Assembly (NCBI GenBank): GCA_030141605.1
Contig: JAQGDQ010000050.1
Coordinates: forward strand, 135,971-199,970
Reading direction: 5' to 3'
DNA: 64,000 nt
From: Tubiluchus corallicola
Lineage: Eukaryota > Animalia > Priapulida
Part shown: one piece after another, positions 12,201-24,200 of the stretch
Position numbering within the stretch: position 1 is the stretch's first letter
Layout: the number at the start of each line of letters is the position of its first letter
Position numbers and translations under genes: made by a program
Notes under the pieces: generated by a model
What the model saw: only the letters and a program-made list of their open reading frames with translations
Told to the model about the DNA's origin: nothing
Database searches by the model: none

Positions 12201-14603
12201 AGAGCAATCAAAACATGAGAAAACTGTAGAGAAAAAAACTTACACGGAAAGTGCAAGGTACAGCCAAAAGACGGCTTTTGGGTAATGGACCATTAACAAT
12301 GAAGCATATACATATTTCTTAACCAAAGTTTTTGCTAAAGATTCTGATAAAGCGCACAGCTTCGAAACTATGTTGAAATATTGTAAGCATTGTGGGCATT
12401 GGGCGCGTCCACACACAAGTTATTAAAGGATGGTGATGGTAACATTTTCTTTATCAAACATATTACCACACACGCGAAGGCTTTGTAAAATTTAATTACT
12501 ATCCCCGTCATAAGCAGGAATATTTAACAATCCAGTTTTATTTTTTGTACGCATAAACATACCACGGTTAGTTGGCAAGAGTCTATAACAATACCAAAGT
12601 AAACACCGAAAATTGTAAAATACCTATAATCCGCCACGCGTGGTTAATATCTAGGTAAATCTAGCTCTCTCATGTGTAAAATACATTGTGTTTCATACTA
12701 CAAGGCTAAAATTTAACAATGTATGCTATGAAAGTAGTACCATAACAAACCTTTTCAATTGACGTTTTCTCATTAACAATAAACTGCTTCCTGGTGCCAG
12801 CATAGAACAACTCCAGTGTGTTGCTGTACTCCAGTTTTACCATTCCGGGTTCTGTACCATGAGATAAACCAGTGTAGCGAACTATCCAACCTTTCTAAAC
12901 AATAGGAAAAGTCAAAGAGACGTCCGACACCCGGTCGTCTTTTTAAGATAGAGAGCGTCATTTTTAAAAGGAAAAGAGTCTGATTTCTTGATTGCAAAAT
13001 TGTCTAAAACCTACCTCTATACGTGACAACTTTCCCAGAATTCACATTTTGTTTACTATAGTTTTTAATTATAGTAATTTATTATGCAGGCCTATTCGCA
13101 ACAGAGGGGTAGGTTATATGTGTCATCTTTCTTTTCATCTGAGAAGTTGTGGACCCGATACTCGAACTTTTATAAGACACATGAAATTTTAAAATGACAC
13201 CTTTTATCTGCAAGGCCTTATTATGACCTTTTTTGGGCCACTAGGCTAATGAAATTATGGGGCCTTCCTAAGGCGGTACCACCCTCTAACTCGCCCGTTC
13301 CCGTCTTGAATATCTTTACTTGTGATATATTTTAGCGACATTTACATAGCTTGATGTAAACTCATTGCAACTTCTTTAAGTAAACTAGAATAGCTGTCTT
13401 TTATTTGTCAATAAAAATATTCTTTAAGAAACACCACTATTTTACTACTTATTGCTATCCAAATTAACACAAATTTCAACACAACCGTAGTGAAAAACAG
13501 ATTTTTTGTCAAATGTTTTAAAAACCCCATTGTTTGAGGGGACCAAGGCAGCAGCCTATACTAGCCTATTGGATAATCCGACTCTGCCTATCTGGAATTA
13601 AGGATAAAAGGGGATAATAGTAGCATGTGGAAGCAGGCATCCTGTGGTTAGCTGCTTACTTAACGTCGAATCTTACATTATACTGTACTGCGAAATTAAA
13701 ATCGGGTGTTCGTTTAGCTGAATTTCAAGATTCAAGGTGCGCTAAAACTTTAGCAGAATTTAGCCTCCAACTGCTCAATGTATTTAACGTTAACTTGAAA
13801 ATTTCGCATCCGGGATTCTCGGGACATTACAATGCTAGACACAACTAGAAGTTTTATTGGTGTATACTCGCCCTTCAGGTGTCTGTGCAATATTTGCGCA
13901 ACGGAATATCTGCACAAAGTGCTTATCATACTTAATAAGGGCAATTACTACATAAGAAAACAGTTCGCGTGGATCGATTGATCTACGATTCTAGCAACAC
14001 GACATGGACCCATCGCCAATAAAAGCGCACGGTTTGAACTGTACACCGACACCCTAGCCGCTTCAACGCCACGCAATTTGTATTGCAACGCGTAGGGGAA
14101 TACTTTAAGAAAAGTTCCTACTGGTACAGATAGTACTACAGATTACGGATTATTGCAATTAGTATTAATTAAGCATTCAGCAGTTTCATCAATGGTACGC
14201 ACGCTTTCCACATAGTGGTATAAATTATACGACCAGCGATAAAAGCTTCATATTTGTTTAAATTATAAAAGTGCACTAAAATGAAGTTATTCTTTACCTC
14301 AATTCTTATTACAATATTCATTGCAACGTACGTACTATGATAAATTGCCGATTCCTCAGAACCTAGAACTTTCTGCAGTTTAATAATTAATTACAATATC
14401 TGTAAACTTGCATGTCAATTAATTCACTATGCTAGACCTGTCTACAATCGTTTGAATCATTTGTTTAAGAAACAATCAACCTTGGTAATTTAGATTTTTT
14501 TTACATAGAAAGCAATCATTGTAACATGACGTACCTCAAAAACAGAAAGCTTCTTAATCATAAGATGGTCGACAATAAGCGTGGGTTCACAATACGTTTC
14601 CAT
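3038..14603 (-). CDS. Dok-family (downstream of tyrosine kinase) docking/adaptor protein: PH + IRS-type PTB + Pro/Tyr-rich tail, ~607 aa, 10 coding exons
   Basis: GT-AG exons join in frame (1824 nt): 14535-14603, 12751-12894, 9070-9201, 8081-8171, 7234-7375, 6792-6915, 6477-6619, 5478-5564, 4266-4900, 3038-3294. The PTB signature LIWPFRFIRKYG...FSLEAGRKCSSGPGLFRF matches Dok/FRS2/IRS-type PTB domains. The N-terminal PH-like region ends in helix DLESWYELI. Confidence 0.85.
4266..4900 (-). CDS. Dok-like exon 9 (Pro/Ser-rich tail containing a 13-aa repeat)
   Basis: 635-nt open frame including ORF 4240..4626; acceptor ctatgcag, donor CATG|gtaggg. Confidence 0.8.
4663..4836. repeat. 39-bp coding minisatellite, ~4.5 copies
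   Basis: Unit tggagacgttagtggcgatgtgttgactgtaggagggta starts at 4663, 4702, 4741 and 4780, with a partial copy at 4819. Confidence 0.95.
5478..5564 (-). CDS. Dok-like exon 8
   Basis: 87-nt phase 2-2 exon YKWAKLEEAQSGFEVQKGRNTEIFIISK; weak donor gtgtag. Confidence 0.6.
6477..6619 (-). CDS. Dok-like exon 7
   Basis: Acceptor atttcag, donor TAG|gtaaca; open frame MIQLKIG...FADDR. Confidence 0.75.
6792..6915 (-). CDS. Dok-like exon 6 (PTB C-half)
   Basis: FIRKYGATDHTFSLEAGRKCSSGPGLFRF; canonical splice sites. Confidence 0.9.
7234..7375 (-). CDS. Dok-like exon 5 (PTB N-half)
   Basis: VFKVTV...GQYELRLSPEEI...LIWPFR; overlaps ORF 7155..7373. Confidence 0.88.
8081..8171 (-). CDS. Dok-like exon 4 (PH-PTB linker)
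   Basis: Acceptor cgttttag, donor CAG|gtagaa; phases 0 and 1 fit the neighbouring exons. Confidence 0.7.
9070..9201 (-). CDS. Dok-like exon 3 (PH C-terminal helix with conserved Trp)
   Basis: Acceptor ttgttgcag, donor GAG|gtacga; LQNKYGHKNLL...DLESWYELIMNE. Confidence 0.8.
10448..11005 (-). pseudogene. Unidentified decayed coding remnant in Dok intron 2
   Basis: 186-codon frame after a tctttcag acceptor with three internal stops; family not recognised. Confidence 0.35.
12751..12894 (-). CDS. Dok-like exon 2 (PH domain, KGWIVRY...TSIEK)
   Basis: Acceptor ttgtttag, donor AAG|gtttgt, 144 nt open in phase 0. Confidence 0.75.
14535..14603 (-). CDS. Dok-like exon 1 (METYCEPTLIVDHLMIKKLSVFE)
   Basis: ATG in aaaactATGG context; donor GAG|gtacgt; phase 0 joins the next exon. 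Confidence 0.7.
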
Positions 14604-16624
14604 AGTTTTTAGTGTGCACTTATCAAACCATTAGTCAGATCATTTTTATCTTAATACACAAATATTACACAAAATTTAATATTGCATCTTTGTCTACGGT
14701 TCACCGCTTTATACCACGAGACTGGTTATACTCAAAATTACGAAATTATGTGCATCAAAACAATAATTGTGACAATTTGCAGGTTCATCAACTCAACGGG
14801 TAGTTTTGTGTAATCTATGCACTATGTGCAGGAAAAATAAGTCGACATAAGATTGACAGGAAAACGTTGTACTTCCTGTGACACACGGCCTAACAGGATG
14901 TTATATTGTGAATAATATAGTATTTAGCTTGATGTTTACACATTAGACTTTGTCCCTTATAGGTAGTCTACTTTTGTGAAAATAATTATGATAAGCTGGC
15001 GGCAAACTATACCGGTTTGTAGCTATTAATATTATAAGTGTACAAGCTAGGTTCAAAAGGCAAAAGTTATTTTAGATCAATGTGTTAGTCTTTTTGTACT
15101 CGTGAGTACTAGATTTGATAAAACGATCAACTAAACACAGTTAGTGGGTTAAACCAGTACTTCATTGATTTATCTTGATGGTGATCTCATTCCCATGGTT
15201 CTCCATTACCATTTATCTTCAACAATTTGTTGGTGATATAATGCAAAACCCAGCAAACTCAAAACGCTATTAAACACAACAGGACTGCAGTTTTTTATAC
15301 AGCCATTGCAGATTCGATGTGACAATTTTTGTTATTAGTGTCCGGAAATGATTGTTCACTGTATAGAAGAAACCGAAACAATAAATAAAGCGACAAAGCC
15401 ATCAGAAAAACATCTAATTTTGGGTAAACAACACTTTTGTTAATACACGGTACAGCCGTTATTCTCATCTCTAAGGGCCATTAATGGACAGGGCTCGATT
15501 TATGTTAGGCTCTCAACAGGAATAGTGTCAACTCATTTATTCAAAATTCAAAAACTTCGTTGATTTTTAGATTTCTGGCTATAAGAGGTGAAGAGGATTT
15601 TTCTGCAGTTTTCTACAGTATCAGATTGTGCATAATTTTATTGCTCGTTTTTGTATCTCTTCAATTAACTCGTTGTTTTTCTTAAAGTGAGGACTCCAAA
15701 CTTGTCGCATTACGGCGCATATTCAACTATGCACGTATCTTAAGATGACAATCTTCCAGCCTGCACGTATGTTACCAGAATTATATGCTCGATATAAAAT
15801 GTAATCGTACCAACAGCAGAAAAACAAATTGAATAGCGACATACAAAGTTACAAGAGGTGGGTGCAAACTGCAAAAGAAATATCAAGAACATTGTGCATA
15901 TGAAACTTTTTAATTAGACTACGTGCCTTTCACGATAGGACGTAATGAATTACTCTACAGCCTCAGTTACAGCAATTGTATTCGCCTTGTACAATAGACC
16001 AAAATCCTGAAAATGTGCTTATATAAGGTTTTTTCCTTAAAGTGGGCAACTAACCAGTCTTATCAATTTGACTATGCTGAATATGAAAAAAGCTGTTGCT
16101 GGCTTGAAAAATTAGTGGAAAGGAATTTGCAGGAAATTAACATGAAGAGGCGTTTACTACATCAATTCCAAGACCTACGGAATCCATTTTTGTTACTTTT
16201 ATTTCAAAAATGGCCGCCACACAAAATGAAATTATATTAATCACACAATTATATTACCTGTTTTACCTAAAGATTTATTATAAAACAAAAACAAATTATT
16301 TTTATAAATTTGGCTTTCTGAATCTAAACATCAGGTGCTAGTTCACAAAAAAATGTAAAGTGACTTAAACAGTCAAATAAACAAAAGGCAAAATGACCAC
16401 CATGCTCAAAGCACATATAATCTATACTGGGTTTCCATGGTTGACTGCAATATCCTGGGACTGGATTTAATGTCTAAAATGCTGACCTTAGGCAATTCTA
16501 GCATTGGAACAAATCTTCAATTATAAGTCACCTGGTGACACCAGGTGTAAACAGGTTTCTAGAATAAATTTCTGTGTCTGAATAGTCAAAGTGTGTCGGT
16601 ATTGTAATAGTCAGTATATATATA

Positions 16625-16665
16625 CCCAGTGAGCAGAAGGTCTTGGGTTCGAATACCGGTGAAGT
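16625..16665 (+). mobile_element. tRNA-derived SINE head fragment
   Basis: B-box-like gaaggtcttGGGTTCGAATACcgg; no complete cloverleaf. Confidence 0.4.
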
Positions 16666-18062
16666 TAGTATTGTTTTTGCACACTTATCTGATTGATGAA
16701 TTTTGAGCTATCATCCAATTCAGCAAAAATTTATACAGAGAGAAATTATGTCAATGTGGGAAAAGATTTCTCAAGCCTTACGTGACCACATTTTCAACAT
16801 TCCTTTAAACTAAGATTGGCACAAAATATCAGTAGCAATGGCTGCACACCTTAGGTTAATACACTGCTTAAATTAATAGTTGTGGTTAAAGAGTTTGTAC
16901 AGTCTTCAATTTTCTAAAAAAATCAAGTAGCAGAGGACAGCAAACACAGCAGTTTTCTCACGGGACACACATGATGATTGTCTGCTGTAACCTAACCAGT
17001 TAAGTAACCTGTAACACAACGCTTGAAAATTAACAAAACTCAATACATTCGGTTTAAAAAAAGCAAACATCGTACTTTTCTTCAATTTTCAATGTTATAA
17101 TTTCATATTCTGCCACATTAAATGGCACAGTATTAGTTACAAATAACAACATACATTCATTGCACACTCGCTCACATACTGACATCAGATAGTACAATGG
17201 GAGTCAACAAGAAAGCACTTCCTGGGATATACAACTTGGAAAAGTTAGGTTGCCTCAAGAAAAACAATTGGGCTAATTTATGTACAATGTGAAGGGTCAA
17301 CAAACAATGCACATTTCATTAATATAGTCAAAGTCATAGTTGAAAAATGAATGTTGCTAAATGAACGAACATCGGAATGCAAGACGATGTATCACACCAC
17401 TAGTTATTAAGCCCACACCTAGTAAGCTTATTTGCAGGTGTAAATAAAAACCTGCACTATTATTACATAATTACATTAAAAGTAGAATTTTAAAGGGAAA
17501 ATGTCAGTAAATTTAAAAAGTCATTAACACCAAGTACTCAGCAGTGACAAGCCAGAATTCAAGAACTCACCGGGAATCAATTGACAAAGCTATATTGTTT
17601 ATATAATAAATAGTTAGTTTAGTTGATAATACATGTACATCAAACATGCGACAAGACAAGTATCTGTGAGAAAAATAAGTATAACAAGCTTTAGACTGGT
17701 AAAGTTTTAGCTACTCCTATTAATGGCTATTTTGTTTTTTAAGCAGTGAAAGGGAATAAAATTGTCACTGACAATGCGAAATGGATTCCAAGGAATTCTA
17801 GGGATTGTTTTATGCTGTGGAAGACAGACCCTGTATTACATAAAGAAATTTTACTATGTCAGTATGAACTTTAACTGTATCGTGTGTACATAGATTTCCT
17901 CCAAGTTTGACAACTGCAAGACATAAAAAAGCACTGTATTTTAACCATTTCAAATATAAGAACTAATATAGCTTTAGCGAATTGTGTCACATAAATTTAC
18001 TTTGATTGAATGATAGCAAAATTATCCAAAGTATGAAAGAAGACCTGCAGAAGCTGAAATAG

Positions 18063-18436
18063 AGGAGATACACAAGGTAATAACTACCGTAAACTTAAAA
18101 TATTAGAAACACAGCTTCATTTTATGCAAATTTTCACTGGAAAAAACAAATGTGCATTAAACACATACACATTTTGTGTATCTTCATAAGGTAAACAAAG
18201 GAAGATCATGTGAACAGCTTGACGACAATGACGAATTACACTTAGTGTATGTAGGAGATACACAAGGTAATAACTACCGTAAACTTAAAATATTAGAAAT
18301 ACAGCTTCATTTTATGCAAATTTTCACTGGAAAAAACAAATGTGCATTAAACACATACACATTTTGTGTATCTTCATAAGGTAAACAAAGGAAGATCATG
18401 TGAACAGCTTGACGACAATGACGAATTACACTTAGT
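18063..18436. repeat. Near-perfect tandem duplication, 190-bp period
   Basis: 18063-18246 is repeated at 18253-18436. Confidence 0.95.
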
Positions 18437-18766
18437 CCTGACACATACACTAAAAGAATAGTTTAAAGTATCTGTCTCTGGCGCCCAACTCCCGTCTGTG
18501 GATGTGATAACATCATTACACTGACACTTTTAACAAGACGATGAAAAGCAACCCAGTCTTAGAAACAATGCTGATCTGAGTGTCACTCTGCTTGCAATCG
18601 TTGCAGCAACAACATCTGTTCGCATTCTGTGCAAGATAATGCGGTGATATGATGTTGATAGCACTACCGCACAATTTAAATGTTGATTCTTGTATTCACA
18701 ATTTGACACTGAGTCGTACTGCTGCACCTTCATTTACAAAAATTACTAACTAGATTAATGCCGGGG

Positions 18767-18919
18767 CTATACTTTATCTTGAAACAGGTATAGATTATTA
18801 GTTGCTGCAACAGCTATAATGTTTTCTGATGGGTGCCATGCAGTGTGCAATATTTTCTTGTTAAAATCTAGACAGTCGACACTGATCTCATCTTTCTTAC
18901 GCTTGCCTCCAGTACACAC
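18767..18919 (-). CDS. PPP2R2: PP2A B55 exon 10 (terminal)
   Basis: [30 protein letters not shown]...LFQDKV*. Confidence 0.97.
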   Translation of the reverse strand: MCTGGKRKKDEISVDCLDFNKKILHTAWHPSENIIAVAATNNLYLFQDKV

Positions 18920-21181
18920 CTGTCATAATAAACAGACAATTTTTATTGAATGATAATTCTTAGAAATACGCATACTATATTTGAATTTGGCAATTACCAC
19001 AATGTTATGTGTGGTTCACTGCATTTACTGTTTCACTATAAAGCATTCCTGGATGACAAAACCACATAAAATTTGCAAGTGAATATAAAAGAAAATGAAC
19101 AGAACTGATTGAAGAAAGTAAGGATCGGTTTTGCTGTAATATAAGGATTTATTTAAGGAAATAAGCTTTACTTAAAAACAATTTGTAGTTATTTGCTTTT
19201 CTTCTCATAAAACACAAGAGACTTGACATCATTTAAATTTGAAATACATATTACGTAAAATTATATACCTATTAGCAGCAATTCTACTCACTAGAAAAAA
19301 TTTTGAACAATTTTGGCACAAGGTATTGTAGATACAGAACATCTACATGAATGTGGCAGGTATTATTTCTATTTGAACTAAGATCAGCCTTAATTATAAA
19401 AGGCTAAGTGGTCTAGTGGTAATGGCAGTGGATCTGTACATCAAAGTCCCGACTTTTTACATAAAGTTTAGCTTAAAAAATAGTTTTAAATTAAGATTTA
19501 AAATTTTTTATTAATTATACAATAAATGATCTGAGCTACAAATTACATACAAAAAATAACGAGTTAGTAATAACTCTAACACGAAACTAGCTAGCACTTG
19601 GAAATTTTGTGTTGCTTGTGAGCTTTTAAGATTAATTAAGAGAAGCAGTGATCACAAGAAGATGCAGGTCTTGCGTTCATTTGGTTGGGCTTGTAATCCG
19701 AAAGCCGCAGTTCAAGACAAGGCGGCTCAGCCCCAATTTTTCCACATTTGTCTTTCAGACAAGTTTGGCTTCAACAATTATTCATTTATTACACTTATAA
19801 CTAATTACCTAGAAATCAGTGGTGTAGCATGGGTTTTGAGGACCACACAGAGCAGCCACTAATATAATTTTAAAAATTATTACTTTCTTGTGATTTTGAA
19901 TTTTTTTTGTTCTGATTCTTTTCCTAAACGGCTGAATTTTGAAGATGGCCCGTTTTGTGGTCACCCTGTCTCCAGCTGTAGTGCAATGTGATCTCTAGTA
20001 AGCACAATCATGTTCAGAAGCACATGAAGGACTTTAATCCAAAAGCCAAATTCGTTCCATGTTCAAACCACTCTTAATTTAGCAGGTGCCCATGAGGCTG
20101 CTGTTACTACAAATTCAGTTACATTTTTTGAAGCTGTGGAATGATGGCCTAGGTTCTTTTCCTTTTCCACTCACCAACGGGATGTGTTGATAAAAGCCAC
20201 TCAACCTGTCTAGGTGTTAAGAGAGTGACTGAAACAAGATTGAGTGCAAGAGAAGGTGCTGTGAAAAAATACTTTGTTAATGCAATCATTGATGTACTCA
20301 AGCGGCTTATGGGAATAGAGGAGAGCTTAGCAACAAGGTCAGAGGCCGATATGATTCTGAGTTCAATACAATCACATTCTTTTCTATGTTTTCTGAATTT
20401 CATGGGACAGTTCCCAAGGAAGTCAACGACACACAAGAGTATATGCAGACGTCAAACTTAAATATTCACCAAAATGAAATGCCCTTAAGGCATTCTTGGC
20501 TCATAACAAAGAAGGACTAATTGTGACGATCTCGGCATTGAGACAGAACATTGAGTTAGAAAGAAGAGAACGGCAGAGGAAGAATTAAAGGATAGTGGAC
20601 TGACCTTTGAAGTGGAAATGAAAAGAGATTCATAGGCTTCAAGATACTGTCACTCAAGAAATAAAAGAATGGTTTGACCAACTCCATCTTCCCAGCCAAA
20701 AGTATGATTTCCTCATCCCAACCAACCTAACTGAAGAAGAATTTGAATTGATTTTGAAGAGAAGGAAAACCTGAATATGGCAGAAGTAAAGATCAAGGGG
20801 AAGAGATTGAAGAATTTTCTTGAGTTCTCTAAAGAGAAAAATTGAAAAGAAGGGCCTCTAGAGTTCCTAAGGTTCATCATCAAATATAGTTTTTAAAATT
20901 CGGTGCCAAATTTGAGAATATTACTGAGAGTATTTTTGGCAAAAGCTGCCAGCAAGGTTAGCTGTGAGCAGAGTTTTTCTAAGTTGAAATTAATAAAGAA
21001 TTATTTTCGCTGAACTATGAGCAATCATAGACTCGTTAACTTAGCGATTCTTTCTAATGAATCACTTGAAGATGAAGAGTTCATAAAGGACTTAGCAATT
21101 CGAAAAGTCAGAAGGTTAAACACCTAGTTGTTCAGTGTTTTTCATATTTTCATTAAGAATAATTAACTTAACCCAATGTCA

Positions 21182-21235
<54 letters not shown>

Positions 21236-24200
21236 TGTAGCAGTCAAAGTTATGTTTAAGAAAGGGGCAGCCAATTTGGCTCCTGCACAGGGCGGCCAAA
21301 CCCGCTGCTACGCCACTGCTAGAAATTAAGATCCATTTTTTATCCTTATTTTTTTCTTGCAAGTGAATGTAAAACATTGATAATATTTACCTTTCGTGGT
21401 TTGAGCACGGCTTTGGGTTTAGTATTTTCACGTGAAGCTTCTAGTGTAATGTCACGTTTAGTGTTTCGATCAAAAATACGGAAAAAGTTGTTATATGAAC
21501 CTGTCATAACTTGGCTGCGAATATACGAAAAATAAAGTGACAAATCACGTAGTACAAAAACAACATACTTTAAAAAATAACGTAAAAGTTTGCCACTACT
21601 GTTTAACACAGGTGTCAAAAGTCTTGCTAGTTCGACTGTGTATAATAAAAACATACCAATTAAAAAACTCAAATTAAAAAAATAAAAATATCAACATTTT
21701 AACCCAAGATTAAATTTAATAATTGGAAAAGTTCAGACTATACAAATTTCAAACCACAAAACAAGTTTTCCACAATTATTAATATCAAGCTAACCACCAT
21801 TGCAGATTAGTTGATCTATGCAATTACCATGGAAACAAAAAGAACAACAAGGCTATTTCATGGGCAAATAAACAATGCTGTTTTCAGCATTTTGTTTGCA
21901 ATAATAAGTGACCATGCTTTGAAATCACTGTCATAATCTCTCTTCATCTAGAGATCAGGGTGTAATTATCAACAGACAAGATGACAATTCAAATAAAGTG
22001 ATTTCATTCAATTTCATTATCAGTTCACTAGTCACATTTAGCACAAGGAAATTCTTCTTTAGAAATTCTCCCAAAAACGAGATTTATTTTTGGATGGCTG
22101 AATTTACACGAAGCTTGAAAATTGAAATACATGAGCAAAAAATGAGCAACTTTTATACAATTTAAAATGATGAAAATTTGAGCAAGTAATTCAAAACATA
22201 ATTATTGCTTAATGTGCTACTAATACATAAATATAACATTAATCTTTAATTCTAAAGCAATTTTAACTTAATAAAAAAATTTAATTCACTAACCTATCAG
22301 TGCCATTCCAGCAGCATTCAAACTTATCAAATATGCAGTCATTTTCATATAGGGAACACAACTTACTACGCAAGTATTCATGCACCTGTGTATAAAAGAA
22401 AAAACAAACTATGAATTAAACGCCTTGCTGCTAACGACTGGTAGCAATTTCAACTTCTATTTCAACCTACAATAATTCAGTCTAACATCTGAGTCATTTA
22501 ATCATTTTCAGGAGTAAAATAGCAAGCATTTTCTCTTTCTGATTCTGATTCGAAGACCAAGTCTCACCTTCATTAAATGTGCGCTGTGAATTTCCACAGT
22601 AACAACTTAATTTTGTAAAACTAGATTTCTATACATATCACAAATAAATGCGATAAACATGTTTAATTGGCCAATCAACCTTACCTGTCACAGATGAAAT
22701 TGTTATTTGAACTGAATTAGTTGACAAATTTTTAATACCATTTCAACACGTACCTGCCAGAAGGTGATTATTAACTCTAATTATTTTTGATAAACTAAAC
22801 TATGCATTCTGCAATTTAATTTATTGTTGATAATGACGATGTGCACAAGGATTGCCACCATGATGTAAACCCTGTGTGCCATGGAGATCCAGTCTATGAC
22901 GTTTCAGTCGAAGATTATATTCATACATCAATTAAACACTGAGTACACAAAGAGCAGGAAAGATTTCAACTCACGTTTTAACTGCAGCAACTTTAGCTAG
23001 GCTCTTTCTGTACTGTAGAAAATGGTGCATTATAGCCAATGGCGTGCCTGAATTACTGTTATATCTAACCAGCAGTGCCAGGCACTCACCGAATTAATTA
23101 GCAAGTGAACAACTAAAAATTGTTCAAAATATTATACCATGTTCAGAAGACCCGTGAATAAAAGGCTTGCAGCAGCCACTTTTGGTCACTCTTTGTGGAA
23201 ATTGGAAGTGAAATTTCAGCGCGACAGTGATTAAGATAACGTACTATTAGATGGAAAAGTTCAAAAGAAAACAATTTTTGGATGAATAACAGTTTATAGG
23301 GGACAGAACAATATGGCACATATCACTACTCAGACGAGGAACTGCAACTAGATGCAGAAAAATATTATCTGCTTCTTCCATCTCTCAAAAACTCAAATGG
23401 AAAAAATATTACTGGTTATAGGTCGTGAATTGAGCAAAACTCTTCTGACTAGGAAGCCAATTAGAAAAAATATTCACAAGAAACTCGAAACTTGTTAAAT
23501 CACCTAGGCAAAGGCGGTCTCCCATTTTGTACTGCTCGTTGATGCATATTCAGACTACAGTGGTCAAGTTTCAGTGAATACGAATCACGCATTGCATATA
23601 CATGGAAACACTTCCACATGTTTAAATACAAACTGTTGCATATGCAGTATGCATCACACATTATATGTACATGGAGTTCTACCTTTATACTGCAAAATTA
23701 TATCTTGTTGTTTAGCTAATCAGAAGTTACAGTGGGCAAAACAGTCCTCCAAAAACCCGTAACAGAGGGTGATAAAAAGAATGAATTTTTCAATTCTAGA
23801 GTAACACTGTTCTGTTATATACACGACTGTTATTCTATTGTAAATATAAATGTATATATATATATATATACACGCACACACACACACATATGTATGTATA
23901 GTTAAATTCCATACCTGGTATGACTCTATTGGTTTTGATTCCATTTTGATATCCCAAACCTTCACTGAGAGATAATCTCTAGTGATCATGTAACGACCAC
24001 TGTTGCTAAACTTAACATCCGATATACTACTGATGATTTCCGAGAAGAAGCTGCGATTAGTGGGATCTTCTGGTTCCTCGAATACTACAAGAGATGCGAC
24101 AAAAATGCATGAAAAGTAGCAGAAAGTAATTACGATCAATGACAGCGATTCATTCACTGAAGAACATTTGAAAATTTTGTTAAACAATAGTAAAAGACTT

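Noticed and set aside
19400-19450. tRNA gene
   Set aside because: Only an A-box-like TGGTCTAGTGG; no B box or cloverleaf, so at most a SINE remnant
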